From Gammaproteobacteria bacterium (GTDB lineage Bacteria > Pseudomonadota > Gammaproteobacteria > Eutrophobiales > Eutrophobiaceae): a stretch of 64,000 bases of DNA. The position numbers and the translations under genes are program-made. Below are positions 40,833-50,295 of the stretch, one piece after another (position 1 is the stretch's first letter; each line of letters starts with the position of its first letter). The stretch is from contig OZ241853.1 of the NCBI GenBank assembly GCA_965202685.1, forward strand, positions 133,333 through 197,332, written 5' to 3'. The notes beneath the pieces were generated by a model. It had not been told where the DNA came from. It made no database searches and worked only from the letters and a program-made list of their open reading frames with translations.

Positions 40833-40952
40833 CTTGTTAATTTTCCGCCATGCATCGCGGCGTTTCCTCGCTCGGTCAGTCATGTATCTGATATACACTC
40901 CTTCCCGCGCTCATCACGCCGCTTGCCTGACGAAAAATTTCCGTCGCTAAAA
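40827..40952 (+). repeat. R unit
   Basis: ttttagcttgttaattttccgccatgcatcgcggcgtttcctcgctcggtcag...ccgtcgctaaaa. A hybrid leader/R2 fragment follows it (40953-41075). Confidence 0.7.
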
Positions 40953-41090
40953 CACACTTGCAGGCTCCGTTATTTTGCCTGGCGCTTCCGCGTTCAGTCA
41001 GTCATGTGCTGTTTGCACACTCCTTCCTTCACTTGTCGCGCCAATTGCCTAACGAAAAACTTCCGTCGCTAAAAATGTTTAAGGGCATAG

Positions 41091-41216
41091 GCGTAGCTTG
41101 GGGTGGGGCTTTTAAGACCCTGCGCGGCCTGGATGGCCGCGCCGAGAGCGTCCAGGGATGGATTCACAGCGTGTCGTAAAAAGCCCCACCCCAAGCTAGG
41201 CCCTCGGGTGTCGCGC
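41091..41216 (+). repeat. PAL element copy 6
   Basis: gcgtagcttggggtggggcttttaagaccc...gtcgtaaaaagccccaccccaagctaggccctcgggtgtcgcgc. Confidence 0.8.
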
Positions 41217-41319
41217 TAGGCAAAATAGTGGAAAATTAACAAGCTAAAACTGACCGAGCGAGGAAACGCCGCGCCACATGGCGAAAGCTAACAAGCTAAA
41301 AGGGTAATATGGCGACATT

Positions 41320-43302
41320 ATGGTGGCTATGATAAATCACATTGGAGAACAAGCCCGGTTCCATCGCTTAGCGTTGATTGCATGGTCCCTGTTCTTAATC
41401 GTGGGCCTCGCCATCGTCGATGACTACGGCGTCTCGTATGATGCGAAAGAGCAGTTTCTTACCTCCATCAACACCCTCAACTATGTCCTGCATGGGGACC
41501 AAACCCTGTTGCAAACCCATAACCGCTTCTACGGCGCCGCTTTCGAGTTGTCGCTGCTGCTGTTGATGGAAGGGGTCCTGGGGCTGGAAGACCCGCGCCA
41601 TGTCTATTTGACCCGCCATGTCCTGACGCACTTGTTGTTTCTAATCGGCGGGTTCTGTTGCTATCTGCTGGCGCGGCGCTTGTCCGGCGACCGGCTGGTG
41701 GCGTTGTTGGTCATGGCACTGTTCCTGCTGTCCCCGCGCCTGTACGCCCATTCCTTCTTCAACAGCAAGGATGCGGTGTTCGCCAGCGCCTTCGTCATGG
41801 CCTTGCTCTTTGCGAGCCGCGCCTTTGACAGGGACTCGTTGGGGGCCTATCGGTGGTGCGGGGCGGCGGCGGGGCTTCTCATCCACCTGCGCGTCATGGG
41901 CGTGGTTCTGTTTGCCGTCATGTTGGTCTTTCGGGCCTGGGCCTGGTTTCGGGCCGGGGGGGACGCGGCGCGGCGGCGGGTGGCGGCGACCGCTGGCGCT
42001 TTCGCCCTGTGGGGTGTCCTTGTCTTGTTCATCAGCCTGCCCTATCTCTGGGGCGACCCCGCAGGGCGGCTGGCGGAAATGGTCGTGGTGTTGGCCGACC
42101 ATCCTACGGTTCTTCATCAATTGTTCCGCGGTCAAGTGTTTTCCAGCGCGGCGTTGCCTTGGGATTATGTGTTGCGCTGGTTCGCCATCAGCCAGCCGCC
42201 GGTGACCTTGTTGTTGGGGCTGTTGGGCCTGGGAGCTTTGGGCCTTGCCGCTGGGGGCGTCGTCAGACGCGGCGCGGGCGCCGGGCCGGGGCGTGGCTTG
42301 GGGGGCGCCGAGTTGCGCTTCGGCGTCTTGCTCGCAACCTGCTTCGTGTTGCCCCTGCTCGCCTTTATCCTGTTGCGGCCTAACACCATCAATGGCTGGC
42401 GGCATTTTTATTTCCTGCACGGGCCTTTTTGCCTGCTGGCGACCTTCGCCCTGATGGGGTTGCGCCAGTTGCCGGCGAGGGGGGCGCGAAAAGGATGGGT
42501 TGGGGGCGCGGCTTGCGCATTGACAGTGGCGGGACTGGGCGCGGCGGCATTGGAGATGGCGCAAATCCATCCCCACCAATATCTTTATTTCAACTTTTTA
42601 GCGGACAGGAAGACCCCGGAAGGGTTGCGCGAGCGCTACGAGACATACTGGAACATGATGTTGCGGCAAGGGTATGAACACATCCTGCGGCAAGGACCCG
42701 CTTCCACCATTAACATGAGGCCGCGAGTGCTTCACTCGCGGGCTGACATCAACCGCAATGTGGAGATTCTCCCGGCGGCGGCCCGAAGCCGGTTCACCTA
42801 CGACCCCGCTCGGGACCCGGATTTCTACCTGGCAAGAAACGCCGGAATTCCGCCGCTAGGCGCGCTTAAGGACTCTTTTCCTCCCGTCCTCCACCGGTTC
42901 AAGGTCTATAACAACACAATGATGACAGTTTCCACGCCGGATTTGTCCCGGGTTGACCCGGCGGTGGCGGATGAGTATCGGGCTTTGCATCGGGCGGCGA
43001 CGGCGGGGGAACCAGCGGCCCGGGCGGGGGGCTTCGATGCGCACCTGCATGGCAACCGGCTGGCGTGGGTAAAGGAGGCTTGCGAGCCTGGGGCGTTGAT
43101 GTCGCCGTTCCGGCTCAGGCTTTACCCGGCGGACGCGGGCCGTTTGCCGACCCATCACCAGAAACGGGGCTACTTTACAATCAGCGCCTCTGGGGTGCGG
43201 TTTGACGGCAAGTGCCTGGGGGCGGCGCGGTTGCCGGATTTCGCCCTGGCCCGGATTCGCCTGGGGCAAGCAGGGAGGTGGGAAGTTGACATCCCCTTTT
43301 AG
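41320..43302 (+). CDS. array paralogue 7 (660 aa)
   Basis: MVAMINHIGEQARFHR... preceded by an inverted R terminal fragment and gggtaatatggcgacattATG. Confidence 0.75.
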   Translation: MVAMINHIGEQARFHRLALIAWSLFLIVGLAIVDDYGVSYDAKEQFLTSINTLNYVLHGDQTLLQTHNRFYGAAFELSLLLLMEGVLGLEDPRHVYLTRHVLTHLLFLIGGFCCYLLARRLSGDRLVALLVMALFLLSPRLYAHSFFNSKDAVFASAFVMALLFASRAFDRDSLGAYRWCGAAAGLLIHLRVMGVVLFAVMLVFRAWAWFRAGGDAARRRVAATAGAFALWGVLVLFISLPYLWGDPAGRLAEMVVVLADHPTVLHQLFRGQVFSSAALPWDYVLRWFAISQPPVTLLLGLLGLGALGLAAGGVVRRGAGAGPGRGLGGAELRFGVLLATCFVLPLLAFILLRPNTINGWRHFYFLHGPFCLLATFALMGLRQLPARGARKGWVGGAACALTVAGLGAAALEMAQIHPHQYLYFNFLADRKTPEGLRERYETYWNMMLRQGYEHILRQGPASTINMRPRVLHSRADINRNVEILPAAARSRFTYDPARDPDFYLARNAGIPPLGALKDSFPPVLHRFKVYNNTMMTVSTPDLSRVDPAVADEYRALHRAATAGEPAARAGGFDAHLHGNRLAWVKEACEPGALMSPFRLRLYPADAGRLPTHHQKRGYFTISASGVRFDGKCLGAARLPDFALARIRLGQAGRWEVDIPF

Positions 43303-43351
43303 CTTTTAGCTTGTTAGTTTTCCGTTATCCTTCCTGCGCGATCCTCGATGG

Positions 43352-43463
43352 CATAGCTTGGGGCAGGGCTTTTTACGACACGCTGTGAATCCATCCCTGG
43401 ACGCTCTCGGCGCGGCCATCCAGGCCGCGCAGGGTCTTAAAAGCCCTGCCCCCAAGCTACGCC
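43352..43463 (-). repeat. PAL element copy 7
   Basis: gcatagcttggggcagggctttttacgacacgctgtgaatcc...cccaagctacgcc. Confidence 0.8.
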
Positions 43464-43465
43464 CC

Positions 43466-43591
43466 TTTTAGCTTGTTAATTTTCCGCCATGCGGCGCGGC
43501 ATTTCTTCGCTCGGTCAGTCATGTATTTGATATACACTCCTTCCCTCGCTCATCATGCCGCTTGCCTGACGAAAAATTTCCGTCGCTAAAA
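43466..43591 (+). repeat. R unit
   Basis: ttttagcttgttaattttccgccatgcggcgcggcatttcttcgctcggtcag...ccgtcgctaaaa. Confidence 0.7.
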
Positions 43592-43674
43592 TAGTCGCGG
43601 GCTCCGTTATCCTGCCTGGCAAAAATTTCCGTCGCTAAAACACACTCGCAGGCTCCGTTATTTTGCCTAGCGCA

Positions 43675-43688
43675 TTGACCGCTATAAT
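43675..43688 (+). promoter_or_regulatory. TTGACCGCTATAAT promoter-like motif
   Basis: TATAAT at 43683-43688. ATG at 43695. Confidence 0.3.
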
Positions 43689-43694
43689 GGCGGC

Positions 43695-45695
43695 ATGGCG
43701 GCAACGATAAATCGCATTGGAGAACGGATCCGGTTCCATCGCTTAGCGTTGATTGCGGGCGCACTATTCTTAATCGTGGGCCTCGCCATCGTCGATGACT
43801 ACGGCGTCTCGCCGGATGCGGGAGACCAGTTTCTTATCACCATCGACACCCTCAACTATGTCCTGCATGGGAACCCAGGCGAGTTAGGAGTGCTTGCTCA
43901 CCGCTTCACTGGCGTCGCCTTCGAGGCGCCCCTGTTGCTGTTGATGGAATGGGTCCTGGGGCTGGAAGACCCGCGCCATATCTATTTAACCCGCCATGTC
44001 CTGATGCACCTGTTTTTTCTGCTTGGCGGGTTCTGTTGCTATCTGTTGGCGTTTCGCTTGTCCGGCGACCGGCTGGTCGCGCTGTTGGTCATGTTGCTGT
44101 TCCTGTTGTCCCCGCGCCTCTACGCCCATTCCTTCTTCAACAGCAAGGATCCGGTGGCTGCCAGCGCCTTCGTCATGGCCTTGCTCTTTGCGAGCCGCGC
44201 CTTTGACAAGGACTCCTTGGGGGCCTACCGGTGGTGCGGGGCAATGGCGGGACTTGTCGTCAACCTGCGCATCTTGGGCATCGCCCTGTTTGCCATCGTG
44301 TTGGTCTTTCAGGCCTGGGCCTGGTTCCAGGCCGGGGGGGGCGCGGCGCGCCGACAGGTGGCAACGGCCACTGGGGTTTTTGCCCTGTGGGGTGTCCTTG
44401 TCTTGTTCATCAGCCTGCCCTATCTCTGGGGCGACCCCGCAGGGCGGCTGGCGGAAATGGTCGCGATTATGCGCGATCATCCTACCGTTCATCGAGAATT
44501 GTTCCGGGGTCAAGTGTTTTCCAGCGCGGCGTTGCCTTGGGACTATATGTTGCGCTGGTTCGCCATCAGCCAGCCGCCGGTGACCTTGTTGTTGGGGTTG
44601 TTGGGCCTGGGAGCCTTGGGTCTCGCCGCTGGGGGCGTCGTCAGACGCGGCGCGGACGCCGGGCCGGGCGCGGCATGGGGCGCCGCCGAGTTGCGCTTCG
44701 GCGTCCTGCTCGCAACCTGCTTTGCGTTGCCCATGGTTGCCTTTGCGCTGTTGCGACCCACCTCCCTCACTGGCTGGCGGCATTTTTATTTCCTGCACGG
44801 GCCTTTTTGCCTGTTGGCGACCTTCGCCCTGATGAGGTTGCGCCAGCTGCCGGTTCGGGGGGTGCGAAAAGGATGGCTCGGCGGCGCGGCTTGCGCACTG
44901 ACGGCGGCGGGGCTGGGCGCGGCGGCGTTGGAGATGGCGCAGATCCATCCCCACCAATATCTTTATTTCAACTTTTTAGCGGACCGGAAGACCCCGGAAC
45001 GGTTGCGCGAGCGCTACGAGACAGATTACTGGAACATGGTGTTGCGACAGGGCTATGAATGGATCCTGAAAGAAACCCCGGAGGCCGCCATCAACATGAG
45101 GCCGCGGGGAGTTGATGCGTTGGCGGACATCAACCATAATGTGCAGATTCTCCCCCCGGCGGCCCGCAACCGCTTCACTTACGATCCGAAACGCGACCCG
45201 GATTTCTATTTAGGCGGAAGCGGAAGCGGAAACACAAACACAAGGCAAGGCCCCCTGCTCAAAGATCCTTTCCCTCCCGTTCTTCACCGGTTCAAGGTCT
45301 ATAACAACACGATGTTGACCGTGTCCACGCCGGATTTGTCCCGGGTTGACCCGGCGATGGCGGATACGTATCGGGCTTTGCATCGGGCGGCGACAGCAAG
45401 GGAACCGGCGGCCCGGGCGGGGGGCTTCGATGTGCACCTGCATGGCGACCGGCTGGCGTGGGTGAAGGAGGCTTGCGAGCCCGGGGCGCTGAGGCGCGAG
45501 TTCCGGCTGGCTCTTTACCCGGCGGACGCGAGCCTCTTGCTGGCCCATCACCAGAAACGGGGCTACTTTACAATCAGCGCCTCTGGGGTGCGATTTGACG
45601 GCAAGTGCCTGGGGGCGGCGCGGTTGCCGGACTTCGCCTTAACCCGGATTCGCCTGGGGCAACGAGGGAAGTGGGAAGTGGAGGTGCCGCTATAA
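43695..45695 (+). CDS. array paralogue 8 (666 aa)
   Basis: MAATINRIGERIRFHR... The stop TAA lies inside the TATAAT of the next copy (ccgcTATAAt). Confidence 0.75.
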   Translation: MAATINRIGERIRFHRLALIAGALFLIVGLAIVDDYGVSPDAGDQFLITIDTLNYVLHGNPGELGVLAHRFTGVAFEAPLLLLMEWVLGLEDPRHIYLTRHVLMHLFFLLGGFCCYLLAFRLSGDRLVALLVMLLFLLSPRLYAHSFFNSKDPVAASAFVMALLFASRAFDKDSLGAYRWCGAMAGLVVNLRILGIALFAIVLVFQAWAWFQAGGGAARRQVATATGVFALWGVLVLFISLPYLWGDPAGRLAEMVAIMRDHPTVHRELFRGQVFSSAALPWDYMLRWFAISQPPVTLLLGLLGLGALGLAAGGVVRRGADAGPGAAWGAAELRFGVLLATCFALPMVAFALLRPTSLTGWRHFYFLHGPFCLLATFALMRLRQLPVRGVRKGWLGGAACALTAAGLGAAALEMAQIHPHQYLYFNFLADRKTPERLRERYETDYWNMVLRQGYEWILKETPEAAINMRPRGVDALADINHNVQILPPAARNRFTYDPKRDPDFYLGGSGSGNTNTRQGPLLKDPFPPVLHRFKVYNNTMLTVSTPDLSRVDPAMADTYRALHRAATAREPAARAGGFDVHLHGDRLAWVKEACEPGALRREFRLALYPADASLLLAHHQKRGYFTISASGVRFDGKCLGAARLPDFALTRIRLGQRGKWEVEVPL

Positions 45696-45704
45696 TATGG
45701 CGGC

Positions 45705-47729
45705 ATGGCGGCAATGACAAATCGCATTGGAGAACGGGCCCGATTCCATAGTCTGGCACTGGTCGTGTGGTGCCTGTTTTTGATTACGGGCCTCGTCATC
45801 GTCGATGACTACGGCGTCTCGTGGGATACGGAAATCCAGCGTTTTGTCGCCATCAACACCGTCAACTATGTCCTGCATAGCGACCCTGCCCTGTTACACA
45901 ATGACGTTGATCACTTCTACGGCGCCGCCTTCGAGTTGCCCCTGTCCCTGTTGACGGAACGGATCCTGGGGCTAGAAGACCTGCGCCATGTCTATTTGGC
46001 CCGCTATGTCCTGACGCACCTGTTGTTTCTAATCGGCGGGTTCTGTTGCTATCTGTTGACGCGGCGCTTGTCCGGCGACCGGCTGATCGCGCTGTTAGTC
46101 ATGCTACTGTTCCTGCTGTCCCCGCGTCTTTACGCCCATTCCTTTTTCGACACCAAGGATGCGGTGTTCGCCAGCGCCTTCGTCATGGCCTTGCTCGTTG
46201 TGAGTTGCGCCTTTGACAGGGATTCGGTGGGGGCCTATCGGGGGTGCGGGGCGGCGGCGGGGCTTCTCATCAACCTGCGCATCATGGGCGTGGTTCTGTT
46301 TGCCGTCGTGTTGGTCTTTCGGACCTGGGCCTGGTTCCGGGCCGAGGGGAGCGCGGCGCGCCAACGGATTGTGGCGACCACTGGGGTCTTTGCCCTGTGG
46401 GGGGCCTTGTCTTTGTTCATCAGCCTGCCCTATCTCTGGGGCGACCCCGCAGGGCGTCTTTCAGAATATTGGATAGTGTCGGCCGACCATCCTAGCTACC
46501 ACGGCCACCAATTGTTCCGGGGTCAAGTGTTTTCCAGCGCGGCGTTGCCTTGGGATTATGTGTTGCACTGGTTCGTCATCAGCCAGCCGCCGGTGACCTT
46601 GTTGTTGGGTCTGTTGGGCCTAGTGGCCCTGGGCCTTGCCGCTGGGGGCGTCGTCAGACGCGGCGCAGGCGCCGGGCCGGGCGCGGCATGGGGCGCCGCC
46701 GAGTTGCGCTTCGGCGTCCTGCTGGCAACCTGCTTTGCGTTGCCCCTGGTTGCCTTTGTCCTGTTGCGGCCTAACACCATCAATGGCTGGCGGCATTTTT
46801 ATTTCCTGCACGGACCTTTTTGCCTGCTGGCGACCTTCGCCCTGATGGGGTTGCGCCAGCTGTCGGTTCGGGGGTTGCGAAAAGAATGGGTTGGCAGCGC
46901 GGCTTGCGCGCTGACGGCGGCGGGGCTGATCGTCGTGGCGGTCCAGGCGGGGCTGATCGTCGTGGCGGTCCAGATGGCGCGACTCCATCCCCATCAATAT
47001 CTCTATTTCAACTTCTTGGCGGACCGGAAGACCCCGGAACGGTTGCGCGAGCGCTACGAGATGGATTACTGGAACATGATGTGGCGACAGGGCTATGAGT
47101 GGCTCCTGAAAGAGACCCCGGAGGCCGCCATCAACATGAGGCCGCGGAGAGTTGATGCGTTGGCGAACATCAACCGCAATGTGCAGATCCTCGCCCCAGC
47201 GGCCCGCAACCGGTTCACCTACGACCCGAAACGCGACCCAGATTTCTATTTAGGCGGAAGCGGAAACACAAACACAAGGCAAAACCCCCTGCTCAAAGAT
47301 CCTTTCCCTCCCGTTCTTCACCGGTTCAAGGTCTATAACAACACGATGTTGACCGTGTCCACGCCGGATTTGTCCCGGGTTGACCCGGCGGTGGCGGATG
47401 AGTATCGGGCTTTGCATCGGGCGGCGACGGCGGGGGAACCGGCGGCGCGGGCGGGGGGCTTCGATGCGCACCTGCATGGCGACCGGCTGGCGTGGGTGAA
47501 GGAGGCTTGCGAGCCCGGGGCGCTGAGGCGCAAGTTCCAGCTGGCTCTTTACCCGGCGGACGCGGGCCGTTTGCCGGCCCAGCACCGGAAACGGGGCTAT
47601 TTTACAATCAGCGCCTCTGGGGTGCGGTTTGATGGCAAGTGCCTGGGGGCGGCGCGGTTGCCGGACTTCGCCCTAACCCGGATTCGCCTGGGGCAGCCAG
47701 GGAAGTGGGAAGTTGACATCCCCTTTTAG
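45705..47729 (+). CDS. array paralogue 9 (674 aa) with an in-frame 27-bp tandem duplication
   Basis: MAAMTNRIGERARFHS... The duplicated peptide is AGLIVVAVQ (46934-46987). Confidence 0.75.
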   Translation: MAAMTNRIGERARFHSLALVVWCLFLITGLVIVDDYGVSWDTEIQRFVAINTVNYVLHSDPALLHNDVDHFYGAAFELPLSLLTERILGLEDLRHVYLARYVLTHLLFLIGGFCCYLLTRRLSGDRLIALLVMLLFLLSPRLYAHSFFDTKDAVFASAFVMALLVVSCAFDRDSVGAYRGCGAAAGLLINLRIMGVVLFAVVLVFRTWAWFRAEGSAARQRIVATTGVFALWGALSLFISLPYLWGDPAGRLSEYWIVSADHPSYHGHQLFRGQVFSSAALPWDYVLHWFVISQPPVTLLLGLLGLVALGLAAGGVVRRGAGAGPGAAWGAAELRFGVLLATCFALPLVAFVLLRPNTINGWRHFYFLHGPFCLLATFALMGLRQLSVRGLRKEWVGSAACALTAAGLIVVAVQAGLIVVAVQMARLHPHQYLYFNFLADRKTPERLRERYEMDYWNMMWRQGYEWLLKETPEAAINMRPRRVDALANINRNVQILAPAARNRFTYDPKRDPDFYLGGSGNTNTRQNPLLKDPFPPVLHRFKVYNNTMLTVSTPDLSRVDPAVADEYRALHRAATAGEPAARAGGFDAHLHGDRLAWVKEACEPGALRRKFQLALYPADAGRLPAQHRKRGYFTISASGVRFDGKCLGAARLPDFALTRIRLGQPGKWEVDIPF

Positions 47730-47849
47730 CTTGTTAGTTTTCCGTTATCCTTCCTGGCGCTTCCGCGTTCAGTCAGTCATGTGCTGTTTGCACACTCCTT
47801 CCTTCACTTGTCGCGCCAGTTGCCTAACGAAAAACTTCCGTCGCTAAAA
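47724..47849 (+). repeat. R unit (R2 variant)
   Basis: ttttagcttgttagttttccgttatccttcctggcgcttccgcgttcagtcag...cgtcgctaaaa. Confidence 0.65.
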
Positions 47850-47912
47850 AGTGGTCAATGCGCCAGTTGCCTGACGGAAAATTTCCGTCGCTAAAAATGT
47901 TTAAGGGCATAG

Positions 47913-48038
47913 GCGTAGCTTGGGGTGGGGCTTTTAAGACCCTGCGCGGCCTGGATGGCCGCGCCGAGAGCGTCCAGGGATGGATTCACAGCGTGTCGTA
48001 AAAAGCCCCACCCCAAGCTAGGCCCTCGGGTGTCGCGC
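47913..48038 (+). repeat. PAL element copy 8
   Basis: Near-identical to copy 6. Confidence 0.8.
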
Positions 48039-48136
48039 TAGGCAAAATAGTGGAAAACTAACAAGCTAAAACTGACCGAGCGAGGAAACGCCGCGCCATA
48101 TGGCGGAAAATTAACAAGCTAAAATATAATGGCGGC

Positions 48137-50119
48137 ATGGCGGCAATGATAAATCGCATTAGAGAACGGGCCCGATTTCATAGTTTGGCACTGAGCGTGT
48201 GGGCCTTGTTTTTGATAGCGGGCCTCGCCATCGTCGATGACTACGGCGTCTCGTGGGATGCGGGAGCCCAGCGTGGCATCGCCCTCAGCACCCTCAACTA
48301 TGTCCTGCATGATGACCTAGGCCGGTTGCGATCGGTCATTGACCGCTTCTACGGCGTCGCCTTCGAGGCACCCCTGTTGCTGTTGACGGAACGGGTCCTG
48401 GGGCTGGAAGACCCGCGCCATGTCTATCTGACCCGCCATGTCCTGACGCACCTGTGGTTTCTAATTGGCGGGTTCTGTTGCTATCTGCTGGCGTTTCGAT
48501 TGTCTGGCGACCGGCTGGTCGCGCTGTTGGTCATGGCGCTGTTCCTGCTGTCCCCACGCCTGTACGCCCATTCCTTCTTCAACAGCAAGGACCCAGTGTT
48601 CGCCAGCGCCTTCGTCATGGCCCTGCTCGTTGTGAGCCGCGCCTTTGACAAGGACTCGGTGGGGGCCTATCGCTGGTGCGGGGCGGCAGCGGGGCTTCTT
48701 GTCAGCCTGCGCATCATGGGCGTGGTTCTGTTTGCCGCCGTGTTGGTCTTTCAGGCCTGGGCCTGGTTTCGGGCCGAGGGGGGCGCGGCGCGGCGGCGGG
48801 TGGCGGCGACCACTGGGGTCTTCGCCCTGTGGGGAATCGTTGTCTTGTTCATCAGTCTGCCCTACCTCTGGGGCGACCCCATAGGGCGGCTTTCAGAATA
48901 TTGGGTGGCGTTGACCGACCATCCTGACTACCACGGCCACCTATTGTTCTGGGGTCAGGCGTTTTCCGGCGGGGCGTTGCCTTGGGACCATGTGTTGCGC
49001 TGGTTCGCCATCAGCCAGCCGCCGGTGACCTTGTTGTTGGGATTGTTGGGCCTAGTGGCCCTGGGCCTTGCCGCTGGGGGCGTCGTCAGACGCGGCGCGG
49101 GCGCCGGGCCGGGCGCGGCATGGGGGGGGGGGGGCGAGTTGCGCTTCGGCGTCTTGCTCGCAACCTGTTTTGCGTTGCCCCTGCTCGCCTTTGTTCTGTT
49201 GCGGCCCACCACCCTCGTCGATAGCTGGCGGCATTTTTATTTCCTGCACGGGCCTTTTTGCCTGCTGGCGACCTTCGCCCTGATGGGGGTGCGTCAGCTG
49301 TCGGCGCGGGGGTTGCAAAGAAGATGGCTCGGCGGCGCGGCGTGCGCGCTGACAGCGGCGGGGCTAGGCGTCACGGCCTTTGAAATGGCGCAGATCCATC
49401 CTAACCAGCACCTCTATTTCAACTTTTTGGCGGACCGGAAGACCCCGGAACGGCTACAGGCCCGCCACACCGTGGATTACTCCCTGGCGATGCGACAGGG
49501 TTACGAATACCTGCTAAGACAAACCCCGGCCGCCGCCATTAACCTGGAAAAGAAACACTTCCTCACGAGACTCGTTGGGGGCATATTCATTCTTCCCGCG
49601 GCAGACCATCGCCGGTTCACCTACGACCGCAGTCGCGACCCGGATTTCTATTTCAGCGGAAGCGGAAACACAAGCGTAAAGATAAGCTTCCTGACCAAAG
49701 ATCCTTTCCCTCCCGTTCTTCACCAGTTCAAGGTCTATAACAACACCATGATGACCGTTTCCACGCCGGATTTGTCCCGGGTTGACCCGGCGGTGGCGAA
49801 TGAGTATCGGGCTTTGCATCGGGCGGCGACGGCGGGGGAACCGGTGACGCGGGAGAGCGGCTATGAAGTCCACCGGCACGGCTCGCGGCTGGCGTGGGTG
49901 AAGGAGGCTTGCGAGCCTGGGGAATTGATGCATCCGTTCCGGCTCAGGGTTTACCCGGCGGACGCGGGCCGTTTGCCTAGCGGGGGCTACTTCGGACTCA
50001 GCGTCCGCGGGGTGCGGTTTGATGGCAAGTGCCTGGGGGCGGCGTGGTTGCCGGACTTCGCCTTAACCCGGATTCGCCTGGGGCAATCAGGGAAGTGGGA
50101 AGCCGACATCCCCTTTTAG
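48137..50119 (+). CDS. array paralogue 10 (660 aa); contains a 13-nt G tract
   Basis: MAAMINRIRERARFHS... G13 at 49122-49134 is in frame (AWGGGGELRFG). Confidence 0.75.
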   Translation: MAAMINRIRERARFHSLALSVWALFLIAGLAIVDDYGVSWDAGAQRGIALSTLNYVLHDDLGRLRSVIDRFYGVAFEAPLLLLTERVLGLEDPRHVYLTRHVLTHLWFLIGGFCCYLLAFRLSGDRLVALLVMALFLLSPRLYAHSFFNSKDPVFASAFVMALLVVSRAFDKDSVGAYRWCGAAAGLLVSLRIMGVVLFAAVLVFQAWAWFRAEGGAARRRVAATTGVFALWGIVVLFISLPYLWGDPIGRLSEYWVALTDHPDYHGHLLFWGQAFSGGALPWDHVLRWFAISQPPVTLLLGLLGLVALGLAAGGVVRRGAGAGPGAAWGGGGELRFGVLLATCFALPLLAFVLLRPTTLVDSWRHFYFLHGPFCLLATFALMGVRQLSARGLQRRWLGGAACALTAAGLGVTAFEMAQIHPNQHLYFNFLADRKTPERLQARHTVDYSLAMRQGYEYLLRQTPAAAINLEKKHFLTRLVGGIFILPAADHRRFTYDRSRDPDFYFSGSGNTSVKISFLTKDPFPPVLHQFKVYNNTMMTVSTPDLSRVDPAVANEYRALHRAATAGEPVTRESGYEVHRHGSRLAWVKEACEPGELMHPFRLRVYPADAGRLPSGGYFGLSVRGVRFDGKCLGAAWLPDFALTRIRLGQSGKWEADIPF

Positions 50120-50239
50120 CTTGTTAGTTTTCCGTTATCCTGCCTGGCGCTTCCGCGTTCAGTCAGTCATGTATTTGATATACACTCCTTCCCTCACTTG
50201 TCGCGCCAGTTGCCTGACGAAAAATTTCCGTCGCTAAAA
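50114..50239 (+). repeat. R unit (R/R2 hybrid)
   Basis: ttttagcttgttagttttccgttatcctgcctggcgcttccgcgttcagtcagtcatgtatttgatatacactcc...gctaaaa. Confidence 0.65.
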
Positions 50240-50295
50240 CACACTTGCAGGCTCGGTTATTTTGCCTGGCGTATTGACCGCTATAATATGGCGGC

